DNA of 64,000 bases from Mesotaenium endlicherianum (lineage: Eukaryota), in contig WELA01002708.1 of assembly GCA_009602735.1 (NCBI GenBank), positions 124,001 through 188,000 on the forward strand. Reading direction: 5' to 3'. Position 1 is the stretch's first letter, and each line of letters starts with the position of its first letter. Shown piece after piece: positions 40,721-50,522 of this stretch. A program made the translations under genes and the position numbers. The notes under the pieces are model-generated. The model made no database searches. It had not been told where the DNA came from and was given only the letters and a program-made list of their open reading frames with translations.

Positions 40721-42271
40721 TTAATGAACGGCGGTTACATCCACTTTGGCAATCCCTTTCAATGTCAGCGAAATATTGCGGTCTGCTGCTTTGTTGGCGT
40801 ATTCACTGATGATCTCCAGGATATCATAATCAATAAAATTACACTCGCTGCCGTCGATGGTCAGCAATGTATCTTCCGGAATCTGGTCCAACGACCTTTG
40901 TAAATTCACTTTATTGAGGAAGCTTACGTTGGAGTTCAGTTTAATCAGGTAGCTGCCTGTTCCACTTGTTTGGGAATGCATGACCCGGTATTCTGCTTTG
41001 AAGTTGTTACGGATAATGAAGTATGTGGAAACCAGCAGGCCAATGCTTACACCTATTAACAAGTCTGTTGCGAGGATCACCACTATGGTAATGATGAATG
41101 GCAGGAACTGTTTCCAACCCAGGTTCCACACGTTCCTGTACAGTTTGGGTTTGGTGAGGTTGTAGCCTGTTATCAGCAGGATGGCGGAAAGCGAGGCATA
41201 GGGAATGGCATTCAACACAAAGGGAACCAGTAAAACGGAGAGCAATAAAAAAAGTCCATGTGTGAAAGCAGATAACTTTGTTCTGGCGCCGGCATCTACA
41301 TTGGCAGAACCTCTTACCACCACTGCTGTAATGGGAATGGCCCCCAGGAAACCACAGGTCATATTACCTATTCCCTGTGCAATAAGCTCGCGGTTAGGAG
41401 GTGTGATCCTGTTGCGGATATCTAATTTGTCAATGGCTTCTATGCAAAGCAGTGTTTCCAGTGTGGCGAGTAGTCCGATGGTAATGCCATCTTTCCATAT
41501 TTCCGTACTTGTTAAAACCTGCGACAGATCGGGAAAAGAGATATTTGAAAAAATATTGGCAGGAATATTCACCAGTTGAGATGGCTTGAATGCCAGGTGC
41601 GAACCGATTTTGCTGAACAGGATGCTGGCGAGGATACCCACCACAACAATCAGTAAGGGGGTTGGCACAATCTTTATCTTTTTGGCAAAAGGTTGTTGCA
41701 ATACGATCAACAAAGCCAGGGAAATAAACGAAAGGAGCACCACGCCGGCTGTAGTATGATGTCCGAAATTCCGGAAGCTGGCAGCCAGTTTTTTGGAAGA
41801 GAATAGTCCGAGGAACCCGCTGGTCCAGAAGTCGGGCTGGTCATAACCCAATGCAATGGGCACTTGTTTGGAAATGAGGATGATGCCAATGGCTGCCAGC
41901 ATTCCCTTGATGACAGCCGATGGAAAATAACTGGCAATGGTTCCTAATTTCAAAACCCCGAGCAGCACCTGGAAAAGACCTGCTATGATAACCGTCAGCA
42001 GAAAGATTTTATAGTTACCCAGCGAAATAATAGAGGCCGCCACCAGGGTGGTGAGACCCGCCGCGGGCCCTGATACCGCTAGTTGTGAACCACTTACTAG
42101 TGCAACTACCAGTCCGCCTATGATACCTGATAAAAGCCCTGCATAAAGCGGGGCGCCTGAAGCCAGTGCAATGCCCAGGCAAAGTGGCAATGCTACGAGG
42201 AAGACGGATAAACCGGCCGGCAGATCATACTTAAGCCATACTAACCTGTAATACCTGATTTTCCGTCTCAT
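40721..42271 (-). CDS. SulP family inorganic anion transporter
   Basis: DLPAGLSVFLVALPLCLGIALASG, SGPAAGL, NRELIAQG motifs; short STAS-like tail. Confidence 0.95.
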   Translation of the reverse strand: MRRKIRYYRLVWLKYDLPAGLSVFLVALPLCLGIALASGAPLYAGLLSGIIGGLVVALVSGSQLAVSGPAAGLTTLVAASIISLGNYKIFLLTVIIAGLFQVLLGVLKLGTIASYFPSAVIKGMLAAIGIILISKQVPIALGYDQPDFWTSGFLGLFSSKKLAASFRNFGHHTTAGVVLLSFISLALLIVLQQPFAKKIKIVPTPLLIVVVGILASILFSKIGSHLAFKPSQLVNIPANIFSNISFPDLSQVLTSTEIWKDGITIGLLATLETLLCIEAIDKLDIRNRITPPNRELIAQGIGNMTCGFLGAIPITAVVVRGSANVDAGARTKLSAFTHGLFLLLSVLLVPFVLNAIPYASLSAILLITGYNLTKPKLYRNVWNLGWKQFLPFIITIVVILATDLLIGVSIGLLVSTYFIIRNNFKAEYRVMHSQTSGTGSYLIKLNSNVSFLNKVNLQRSLDQIPEDTLLTIDGSECNFIDYDILEIISEYANKAADRNISLTLKGIAKVDVTAVH

Positions 42272-42342
42272 ATTTTATACCCTCAAAACAATGTAGACCC
42301 TTGTGGTAAACAATTTTGCCGTTACAAGATAAGGTTTTTAAC

Positions 42343-42370
42343 AAAAAATCCCGCTCTGCAGAGCGGGATT
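42343..42370 (-). terminator. Terminator after rpmE2
   Basis: AAATCCCGCTCTG/CAGAGCGGGATTT palindrome with a U tract on the minus strand. Confidence 0.85.
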
Positions 42371-42394
42371 TCATTATCAGAACTAGTGATAAGT

Positions 42395-42646
42395 TTATTT
42401 CTTTTTCTCGTAACGCTTCTTGAACTTGTCGATACGACCTGCAGTATCTACCAGCACATTCTTACCAGTATAGAAAGGATGTGACATGTTGGAAATCTCC
42501 AGTTTTACCAGGGGGTATTCTTTACCATCTTCCCACTGGATGGTTTCTCTGGTAGCAGCAGTAGAGCGGCTCAGGAATGCATAACCGTTACTCATGTCCT
42601 TGAAGACAACAAAACGATAACTTTCAGGATGGATACCTTGTTTCAT
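42395..42646 (-). CDS. rpmE2: 50S ribosomal protein L31 type B
   Basis: MKQGIHP...SHPFYTG...DTAGRIDKF; no Zn-binding cysteines. Confidence 0.97.
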   Translation of the reverse strand: MKQGIHPESYRFVVFKDMSNGYAFLSRSTAATRETIQWEDGKEYPLVKLEISNMSHPFYTGKNVLVDTAGRIDKFKKRYEKKK

Positions 42647-42712
42647 GGTTTCTATTTTAAGGTGGTACGGATTTGGCCGTACGATTATTTAAGAGCTGGC
42701 AAAGGTAAGTAC

Positions 42713-42748
42713 AATTAGGCAATTGGCCAATTTGGAAATTTGCCAATG
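42713..42748. repeat. AATT-octamer-periodic element, single arm (copy D)
   Basis: AATT at 42713, 42721, 42729, 42737 and AATG at 42745. Confidence 0.72.
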
Positions 42749-42758
42749 ATTGGGTGCA

Positions 42759-43250
42759 TCAACTTTTCATGTTTATGAACTGTAGCGGGATGCCGAAATT
42801 GCCGGCCTTGCATTTGGCTATAACATCTTGAAGATCATCGATTTTCTTGGCGGTAACCCGGATAATATCGTCCATAATGGCCGCCTGCACCTTCAGGCCG
42901 CTGTCTTTGATCATTTTGACGATCTTTTTGGCGTCGTCCTGCTTCAGGCCATTCCGCACGGGTACCTCTTTCTTCACCACTTTCCCGCTGGGATAAGCGT
43001 CTTTATCAAAATCGAAAGCACTGGCATCAATACCCTGCTTCATAGCGCGACTGATGAGCACATCGATGAGCTGTTTCATCTTCATATCACTTTCGACTTC
43101 CAGAGACACCACAAAATCTTTTTTGTTCAGTTCCACCACCACCGGCGAATCGCGGAAATCGAAACGGCCGCTTATTTCTTTCTTAACTGTATTGATGGCA
43201 TTATCGAGTGTTTGCAGGTCTACTTTGCTGGCAATATCAAATGACGGCAT
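42759..43250 (-). CDS. yajQ: YajQ family nucleotide/c-di-GMP-binding protein
   Basis: MPSFDI...RFDF...LKVQAAI...IRVTAKKIDDLQ...PLQF. Confidence 0.95.
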   Translation of the reverse strand: MPSFDIASKVDLQTLDNAINTVKKEISGRFDFRDSPVVVELNKKDFVVSLEVESDMKMKQLIDVLISRAMKQGIDASAFDFDKDAYPSGKVVKKEVPVRNGLKQDDAKKIVKMIKDSGLKVQAAIMDDIIRVTAKKIDDLQDVIAKCKAGNFGIPLQFINMKS

Positions 43251-43277
43251 AAACAAAATTTTAACAAATATAGCCAT

Positions 43278-43305
43278 AAAAAAGGCCCCGATGGAAATCG
43301 GGGCC
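43278..43305 (-). terminator. Terminator after the outer-membrane receptor gene
   Basis: GGCCCCGAT-loop-ATCGGGGCC with A6 on the plus strand. Confidence 0.8.
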
Positions 43306-43432
43306 GCCGTCTATATAATGCACATGAGAAAAAACAAATTTAATGTTGCGAATGTGGATGGAATCAACCAGATAAAATTGCTAAAAGATGATGAACGGAC
43401 ATACGCCTATTCAAATGGATCATTCCTCTTAA

Positions 43433-45895
43433 TTAAGAGCCATTACCTCCTTGTTGTACCCTGTTTTGTTCATCGGTTGCACTACCTCTTCTGCGTTGTT
43501 GTTGCACAGGTTTTCCTTTACCAAACCTGTACGAGAAACTGACATTGAATACACGGCTGTCGCGTACCTGGTGAATGGTTACGTCTACATTCTGGTACTT
43601 ACTATAACCATTGAATTGTTGTGTATAAAACACATCACTCAGGTTCATCTTAACTGTTCCCTTGCTATTCAATATTTGTTTGCTCAATCCTATATTCATA
43701 CTACCCATCGGTTGAATAACCAATACACCTTCCAAACTGTTTCCACGATAAAAACCACTGAGCTCTGCGCCCCACCCTTTTTTAAAAGTGAACTGGTTGT
43801 TCATGTTGGCCATGAAATTATTTCCGCCGATTGAAATGGGGCCGCCGTTCACCGTACCATTGAATTGATTGTAATAATACAGAAGATAAATATTGGTACG
43901 CCACCATTTAGCGAGCGGCATACCCAAACTCATCGATGCGCCCAGGTTCCAGCGGCTGGCGATATTGCTCTTCTTCACATAGGTAGTAGTGGTACTGTCT
44001 ATCTGCTCCAAAACATCCTGGATAATATCGGTAGTATAACTATAATTGATGGTAGTGGTAAGCATGCCGCCATATATGTGACTGAGTTCGATATTGTGAC
44101 TGAACTGCGGGTTCAGGTAAGGATTACCCACCTGGTAAGTGTACTTATCAAGAAAATAAAAGAACGGGTTCAGGTCCTGGTAATTGGGCCGGTTGATACG
44201 GCGCCCGTAATTCAAAGAGAACTGGTTCTTGTCGTTCAGGGTATATCCAATATACACTGTGGGGAATAACTGCGTGTAATGACGGTTGAAGGTTTGCCCC
44301 GTTGTAAGTTGATTACCTTTCATGACTGTATTCTCTGTACGCAATCCGAATTGTCCGCTCCATTTTTTATTGAACTGCTTTCCAAAATTGACATAGGCCG
44401 CATTGACATTTTCTTTGTATAAAAAATGATTGGTCCTGCCCGAATCGATTACATATTGCCCGTTTTGCAAATTGCTGTACTGTGCATTGTTGTCTGTTGT
44501 TACATAACTGCTTTTAATACCCGCTTCAAATTTGATATCGCCGCGCAGGGTCTTGGAAAAATCTACTTTGGCGCTGTATATATCGATATCGGAAGGCACA
44601 AGTCCCCTCATGGTTTCATCGGGTCCTTTTTTATTGCCGGCATTATCATAAAACAAGCTGTTGAGCATCTGCAAATTGTTCGATGCATAATGGATATAAT
44701 CCACATCACTGGTCAGTTCCGTTCCGGTTGTATCGAATACATGGCGCAGGTTGAAATTGAAACCAACATTTTTAAATTCATTCCTGCCATCATTGACAGA
44801 CTGCGTGCGTGTATTCAGGGTACCACTATTGTCTTTGATCAATGTATTGTTCCTCATGTACTCAGTGCCATTATTACCCAAACCTGTTACAACCAGTCCC
44901 AATGTTGTTTTTTGGGAAGCAAAATAATCGAACCCGGTTTTGAAATTATAACCACGGTACTCACGGTTACTCAAGGTACGCTGATCAAAAATAGATGAGA
45001 TAGTGTCGGAAGATTTATTCCTGAAAATACGGGTGAGGTTGATTTCATTGAAATTTTGCGAATAATAATGACTGGCATTACCGAAAAGATTGAACTTACC
45101 GGTACGGTAATTTAAATTGAGGCTGTTATTGGCCCTGGGATATACTCCCTGACCATATCCTGTTGTTAAACTTCCATTGAAGCCCTGCGCTTTGTTCTTT
45201 TTTGTTTTGATGTTGATAACACCGGCATTACCCGATGCATCGAACTTGGCCGGCGGGTTGGTCATGAGCTCTATCTGGTCGAGGTGACTGCTCGACATAT
45301 TACGGAGCATATTGGCCAGGTCCTGTCCGCTTAAATAAGTAGGTCTTCCATCTATCAGGATCATCACACCCTGCTTGCCCTTCAGGCTGATATTGCCATC
45401 TTTATCAACACTGATACCCGGCGATTTTTCCAGTATATCCATCACGGTTGTACCTGCATTGGATGGAGAAGCATCTACATTGATCACCGTCTTATCCAGT
45501 CGCTGTTCGATAAAAGGTTTTTTGGAAGTAACCGATACACTCGCCAATTCATTGGCTACCGGTTTAAGTGCAGTGATGTTCAGGTGATGAGCCTGGTGGT
45601 TGGCAGACAATTCAAAAGCATCGCTGTAATATTTTGCATAACCTGCTGCCTGTACCGCTACCAGGTATTTACCCGCCGGGATCTTTTCCATGGAGAAGTC
45701 GCCGTTCTTATCGGTCACGGATCTTTTCACTACGGCAGAATCTTTTATGCGCAGCAGGCCAATGGATGCCGCTTCCACCGTTTTTTGGGCGGAAGACAGT
45801 CTCCCGCTCACCGAACCCGCCGGGTCTGGCGCCTGAGCTGCGAGGCTGGAGGAAACCAGTGCCGTTGCCAGCAACATAGATAGAAATTTGTTCAT
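43433..45895 (-). CDS. TonB-dependent receptor-like outer-membrane beta-barrel protein
   Basis: N-terminal carboxypeptidase-regulatory-like domain; plug IELMTNPPAKFDASGNAGVINIK; GNPYLNP; C-terminal FSYRFG. Confidence 0.9.
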   Translation of the reverse strand: MNKFLSMLLATALVSSSLAAQAPDPAGSVSGRLSSAQKTVEAASIGLLRIKDSAVVKRSVTDKNGDFSMEKIPAGKYLVAVQAAGYAKYYSDAFELSANHQAHHLNITALKPVANELASVSVTSKKPFIEQRLDKTVINVDASPSNAGTTVMDILEKSPGISVDKDGNISLKGKQGVMILIDGRPTYLSGQDLANMLRNMSSSHLDQIELMTNPPAKFDASGNAGVINIKTKKNKAQGFNGSLTTGYGQGVYPRANNSLNLNYRTGKFNLFGNASHYYSQNFNEINLTRIFRNKSSDTISSIFDQRTLSNREYRGYNFKTGFDYFASQKTTLGLVVTGLGNNGTEYMRNNTLIKDNSGTLNTRTQSVNDGRNEFKNVGFNFNLRHVFDTTGTELTSDVDYIHYASNNLQMLNSLFYDNAGNKKGPDETMRGLVPSDIDIYSAKVDFSKTLRGDIKFEAGIKSSYVTTDNNAQYSNLQNGQYVIDSGRTNHFLYKENVNAAYVNFGKQFNKKWSGQFGLRTENTVMKGNQLTTGQTFNRHYTQLFPTVYIGYTLNDKNQFSLNYGRRINRPNYQDLNPFFYFLDKYTYQVGNPYLNPQFSHNIELSHIYGGMLTTTINYSYTTDIIQDVLEQIDSTTTTYVKKSNIASRWNLGASMSLGMPLAKWWRTNIYLLYYYNQFNGTVNGGPISIGGNNFMANMNNQFTFKKGWGAELSGFYRGNSLEGVLVIQPMGSMNIGLSKQILNSKGTVKMNLSDVFYTQQFNGYSKYQNVDVTIHQVRDSRVFNVSFSYRFGKGKPVQQQRRRGSATDEQNRVQQGGNGS

Positions 45896-46035
45896 ACAAT
45901 TAGTTTTATAGTGATTGACTTAGTTCCAGTTGTTACTAATTACAGAACAAAACTATGTACTATGCAAAACAAAGTACATAGTTTTAACATGGGCGGTTCC
46001 TGGAATGGATGAACGGAAAACCGGGGGTTCAGGGA

Positions 46036-47190
46036 TTACTTAGCGGTAGCAGTGGTCCATTTTTTGGACTTTGCCATCACAACGATGCCGGCAATGACAA
46101 GCAAACTGGCGATCAGCTCTGCCTGGGTAGGTTTAAAGGGAAGGGTCTCATAACGGGTATTCACGCGGATCAGTTCAATGAAAAACCGCTCCACACCGTT
46201 CATCACCAGGTATAGCCCGAAGAGTTGGCCGGGTACTTTGATCTTTTTGCGTACCGACCACAATATGAGGAAGAGGATAAAACAAACGATGATTTCGTAT
46301 AAAGGTGTGGGAAATACCGGCGGCACCAGTTGGCTGCAATAGGGGCCGCTGCATCCCGGGATGGGTACGCCCTCACCTACCACGTTGTGAGGATAATTGT
46401 AAGCCCACAACCAGCCGGGCATCCAACTAAAAGGTTTGGGATGGGTATTCACAATACCCCAATCGCCATCGCCGCTCATGTGGCAACCAATTCTTCCGGC
46501 CGCATAAGCGAACATCATCACAGGCGCCATCGTATCGCAGAGGTGTGCAATACCGATCTTATGTTTTCTTGCATACACAATAAAGGCGATGCCGGCGCAG
46601 ATCAGTCCGCCGTAAAAAGTAAGTCCGCTGAAAGATATCAGTGCGCCAACAGGATCTTTTACAAAGTCGTTCCAGTTTTCAAGGTTATGGAAGATCTTGG
46701 CGCCTACAAAACCAAATGCAGCAGCATAGATCACCAGGTCTCCTACCCTGTCGTGCGGCCATATTCTTACCACCCTGTTTTCCGGCTTCGCGAGTTGATG
46801 GCGTTTTTTCTCCCACCACTTCAATCCTGCGAAAACCAGTCCCAGCAATATTCCCAGCGGCCAGCTCCCTTGCGTGGAAAGAATGAATGATTGCGGATCG
46901 TTCAACGCATTGCTGGTTACAAAAGCGCCGATGATCTTAAAGCCAAACACAAATCCCAGTATAAAATTCGCCAGCAACTCCTGCAAGCTTGCAGGTGCAC
47001 CAATGGTGATGGTCTCTTCTGTATACACAAACTGACCCAGGTTTTCTTTCCTGCGGAATTCCATGGTAAGGATCCAGGCCGAAGCGATGAAAGACAGGGC
47101 CACAAAAAAACCGAAGGTGTTTACCAGCTTCAGTCCAGCTATGTCGATTCCGAAAATATCTTTGAATGCGTAGTAGAGATTGGGATACAT
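46036..47190 (-). CDS. lgt: Prolipoprotein diacylglyceryl transferase family protein
   Basis: GLTFYGG, GRIGC...GDGDWG, PTPLYE, ERFFIELIR. Confidence 0.85.
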   Translation of the reverse strand: MYPNLYYAFKDIFGIDIAGLKLVNTFGFFVALSFIASAWILTMEFRRKENLGQFVYTEETITIGAPASLQELLANFILGFVFGFKIIGAFVTSNALNDPQSFILSTQGSWPLGILLGLVFAGLKWWEKKRHQLAKPENRVVRIWPHDRVGDLVIYAAAFGFVGAKIFHNLENWNDFVKDPVGALISFSGLTFYGGLICAGIAFIVYARKHKIGIAHLCDTMAPVMMFAYAAGRIGCHMSGDGDWGIVNTHPKPFSWMPGWLWAYNYPHNVVGEGVPIPGCSGPYCSQLVPPVFPTPLYEIIVCFILFLILWSVRKKIKVPGQLFGLYLVMNGVERFFIELIRVNTRYETLPFKPTQAELIASLLVIAGIVVMAKSKKWTTATAK

Positions 47191-47303
47191 GGCAGCAAGA
47201 TAATGGTTAAATATTTAGCAGTGAAATTGCTGTAAAAAAGTAAGGCTCCGCAGAAGCGGAGCCCATACTTACTAACCCATCTCTAAACAAAACTAAGGTA
47301 AAA

Positions 47304-47720
47304 TCAGTTACAATACTCATCAAAAACAGCGATCAGGTGCTGGGCGATCATTTGCGCCGGGCGACCCTCGATCTGGTGCCGTTCCACCATGCTCACCAAC
47401 TGCCCGTCTTTGAACAGGGCAATAGCGGGTGAAGAGGGCGGATAAGGCAGTAAATGCTGGCGAACCTGGTTCACTGCCTCTACATCAAAACCTGCAAAGC
47501 TGGTGGTCAGCCTGTCCGGACGCTTTCCGGCATTCTGAATGGCCATCAGCACACCGGGCCTGCAAGCGCCTGCCGCACAACCACAAACCGAATTGATCAC
47601 CACCAGGGTGGTGCCACTCTGCTTCAGGGTATCGTCCACTTCCCGGGCCGATACCAGCTCATCAAAACCATGATCGGTCAGTTCGGCCTTCATGGGTAAC
47701 ACTATTTCTGCTGGGTACAT
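47304..47720 (-). CDS. brxA: BrxA/BrxB family bacilliredoxin
   Basis: VINSVCGCAAG..RP, PPSSPAIALFKDG, ERHQIEG. Confidence 0.93.
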   Translation of the reverse strand: MYPAEIVLPMKAELTDHGFDELVSAREVDDTLKQSGTTLVVINSVCGCAAGACRPGVLMAIQNAGKRPDRLTTSFAGFDVEAVNQVRQHLLPYPPSSPAIALFKDGQLVSMVERHQIEGRPAQMIAQHLIAVFDEYCN

Positions 47721-47936
47721 GTCATTTCATTATTAGAATGCAAAGATACGATAAAGTTGGAACACTAAAGAAGCATTAAAAACGACAAAGTGACGCTTGA
47801 CAACTCCAATAATAGACATTTTGTCGTTTAAAAAGGGACGATTCCCTCCTTACTGGCATGTTTTGCTCGTAAAAATCGGGTGGTACAGGGTTTGAATGGG
47901 TTATAGAAACAATTGAAAACTCAAAAATTGAATACC

Positions 47937-48365
47937 ATGACACTTGTAAAACATCGTCCCGCCCATTTCAGCAACTTATTCGATGAGTTCTTTGGCAATT
48001 ACCCCGTTAACTGGGGAAAGGATATACAAGCCGCTTTCGGTAACCCCAAAGTGAATATCCATGAAACTGCCGATGCCTATCATGTAGAACTGAATGCGCC
48101 GGGCCGCAACAAAGAAGATTTTAAGATCGATGTGGAGAATGGTTTGCTCACTATCAGTTACGAAAAGAAAACCGAAACTGAGAACAAGGAGTATAAAACC
48201 ATCCGCAAAGAATTCAGCTACCAGAGCTTTAAACGCAGCTTCAACCTCGATGAAAACATCGATGCCAATGCTATCCAGGCCAAATATGAGAACGGCGTGT
48301 TGAAACTGTTGCTTCCTAAAAAAGAGGAAGTGAAAACAGCTCCCAAGCAAATTACTATTTCATAA
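47937..48365 (+). CDS. Hsp20/alpha-crystallin small heat-shock protein
   Basis: PKVNI.E...APG..KED...FKRSF.L...AKYENGVL. Confidence 0.96.
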   Translation: MTLVKHRPAHFSNLFDEFFGNYPVNWGKDIQAAFGNPKVNIHETADAYHVELNAPGRNKEDFKIDVENGLLTISYEKKTETENKEYKTIRKEFSYQSFKRSFNLDENIDANAIQAKYENGVLKLLLPKKEEVKTAPKQITIS

Positions 48366-48430
48366 TCCTATTACAAAAATCATTGGCACAGAGCCAACAG
48401 ATTTTGTTTCATAAGCAGTTGGTTTTGGTT

Positions 48431-48463
48431 AACACCCCGCGTATCCACGCGGGGTTTATTTTT
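48431..48463 (+). terminator. Terminator between the convergent hsp20 and coaD genes
   Basis: CCCCGCGT-loop-ACGCGGGG followed by TTTATTTTT. Confidence 0.8.
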
Positions 48464-48476
48464 ACTGCTGATGCTA

Positions 48477-48956
48477 TTATCGATGATGTATCGATCGGAT
48501 CACAACGTCGGGAAGGAAAGGAGAAGCGTCGCCGCCATTGCGCAGGATATCGCGCACAATGGTGGAAGCTACTGATGTGTACTTAGGCTCACCGGTAAGG
48601 AAAATTGTTTCTATGTTTTTATCGAGCGTGCGGTTGGCGTCGGCAATGGTTTTTTCGTATTCAAAATCACTCACGTAACGAATCCCCCTGAGTATGAACC
48701 CCGCTCCGATCGATTTGCAATAATTTATCGTGAGCCCTTCATAGATCACACTTTCCACGCGAGAGTCTCCGTTGTAAATTTCTTTGAACCATTCCTGGCG
48801 TTGTTCGGGACTGAACATGGGCGTTTTAGCCGCATTGATACCAATACCGATATAAATTTTATCGAAGAGCGGCAACGCACGGTTGATGATATCGATATGT
48901 CCTAATGTAACAGGATCGAAGGTTCCGGGAAACAGGCAGATTCTTTTCATAAGCAT
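48477..48956 (-). CDS. coaD: Pantetheine-phosphate adenylyltransferase
   Basis: FPGTFDPVTLGH, RGIR...DFEYE. Confidence 0.96.
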   Translation of the reverse strand: MLMKRICLFPGTFDPVTLGHIDIINRALPLFDKIYIGIGINAAKTPMFSPEQRQEWFKEIYNGDSRVESVIYEGLTINYCKSIGAGFILRGIRYVSDFEYEKTIADANRTLDKNIETIFLTGEPKYTSVASTIVRDILRNGGDASPFLPDVVIRSIHHR

Positions 48957-48959
48957 GGT

Positions 48960-49886
48960 TTAATTTTCCCTGCCGGCCAGCAGATAGAGTACCGCCATAC
49001 GCACTGCTACCCCATTCTCCACCTGGTTCAGCACAATCGAATGTGGTCCGTCGGCCACATCGCTGTCCAGCTCCACACCCCTGTTGATGGGGCCCGGGTG
49101 CATGATCACGATCTCTTTTTTAAGGCCGTCGAGTAATTTTCTTTTGATACCGTAGGCCAGGTTGTATTCCCTGAGCGATGAGAACAGGGGTTGGTTCTGT
49201 CTTTCGAGTTGTATGCGCAGCACATTCGCCACATCGCACCATTCCAGGGCTCGTTGCACATTATACTCCACCCGCACATCCAGGGCTTCGGTAATGTATT
49301 TGGGTATCAGTGTAGGCGGCCCCGCTACCATGATCTCGGCTCCCATTTTCTTCAGCAGGTACATATTACTCAAAGCCACGCGGCTGTGCATGATATCACC
49401 GATGATGGCCACTTTCAATCCTTCCAGTTTACCCAGCCTTTCCTGCATTGAAAATGCATCGAGCAATGCTTGCGTGGGATGTTCATTGATGCCGTCTCCT
49501 GCATTCACAATCGCAGCGGGAATATGTTGCGCCAGAAAATGCGGCGCACCGGAAGCGCTGTGCCGCATCACCACCATATCTACCTTCATGCTCAGAATAT
49601 TGTTCACTGTGTCGAGCAAGGTCTCTCCTTTCGCCGCAGAAGAACTGCTGGCCGTAAAATTGAGCACATCGGCCGAGAGGCGTCTTTCCGCCAACTCAAA
49701 AGACATACGCGTGCGGGTGGAATTTTCGTAAAAGAGATTCACAATCGTCACATCCCTGAGTGAGGGAACTTTCTTTACAGGTCTTTGTAAAACTTCTTTG
49801 AACTGCTGGGCGGTGGAGAGAATCAACTGAATATCTTCCTTATTCAGGTCTTTGATACCAAGTAGGTGTTTGGTAGATAGTTTCAT
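48960..49886 (-). CDS. pyrB: Aspartate carbamoyltransferase catalytic subunit
   Basis: FYENSTRTR, HPTQALLD, RIQLER, MHPGPINRG. Confidence 0.97.
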   Translation of the reverse strand: MKLSTKHLLGIKDLNKEDIQLILSTAQQFKEVLQRPVKKVPSLRDVTIVNLFYENSTRTRMSFELAERRLSADVLNFTASSSSAAKGETLLDTVNNILSMKVDMVVMRHSASGAPHFLAQHIPAAIVNAGDGINEHPTQALLDAFSMQERLGKLEGLKVAIIGDIMHSRVALSNMYLLKKMGAEIMVAGPPTLIPKYITEALDVRVEYNVQRALEWCDVANVLRIQLERQNQPLFSSLREYNLAYGIKRKLLDGLKKEIVIMHPGPINRGVELDSDVADGPHSIVLNQVENGVAVRMAVLYLLAGREN

Positions 49887-49919
49887 TAAAGGGCAAAGAT
49901 AAAGCGTTTTGAGGAAATC

Positions 49920-50441
49920 CTATAACAACACTACTTCTTCCCGTTCGTCTCTTTCTTTCCAGCACACTTTCACTTTTTCAGATACGATGGTGTCGATGGT
50001 CTTGCCGGTGTAATCGGGTTGTATGGGTAATTCCCGGTTGAAGCGGCGATCTATCAGCACACAGAGCGATACTTTGGATGGACGGCCGAAATCGAGCAAG
50101 GCATCCAGCGCTGCGCGGATGGTGCGGCCGGTGTACAGCACATCATCGATCAGCACCACGTGTTTGTTTTCGATGCTGAAAGGAATATCGGTGGCATTGG
50201 CAATGTGCAAGCTCTTTCGCACATCATCGCGATAAAAAGTGATGTCCAGTTTCCCGTAATGGATGGCGGCCTCCCCAACGATCTTTTTCAGTTCGGCTAC
50301 GATGCGGTTGCTCAGGAACACGCCGCGGGGCTGCAGTCCGATGATGACGGTATTCGACAGTTGCAAGTTATTTTCCAGTATCTGGTGGGCCAGCCTTTTA
50401 ACGGTCAGTGCCAGTTGTTGTTCGGATAAGATCGTCTTCAA
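49920..50441 (-). CDS. pyrR: PyrR regulator / uracil phosphoribosyltransferase
   Basis: LDITFYRDD, VVLIDDVLYTGRTIRAALDA, RELPI; TTG start. Confidence 0.94.
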   Translation of the reverse strand: MKTILSEQQLALTVKRLAHQILENNLQLSNTVIIGLQPRGVFLSNRIVAELKKIVGEAAIHYGKLDITFYRDDVRKSLHIANATDIPFSIENKHVVLIDDVLYTGRTIRAALDALLDFGRPSKVSLCVLIDRRFNRELPIQPDYTGKTIDTIVSEKVKVCWKERDEREEVVLL

Positions 50442-50522
50442 ACCTGAATTTTAGAATAAAAATAAATGCTTTCCCCGAGAACATGCGAATAATTCGGCCC
50501 GCAGTGCTTTAATTTGCCCCCG

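Noticed and set aside
43390..46017. 10-bp direct repeat GATGAACGGA flanking the receptor gene (43390 and 46008) as a target-site duplication
   Set aside because: No element ends or mobility gene; a match this short can arise by chance
38602..47720. bshB1 and brxA as a novel thiol system
   Set aside because: Bacillithiol-type genes are already known in Bacteroidota, and the two genes are unlinked here
49887..50522. PyrR-binding attenuator for pyrR or pyrB
   Set aside because: The intergenic gaps are short (about 33 and 80 bp) and I see no anti-antiterminator or terminator hairpins
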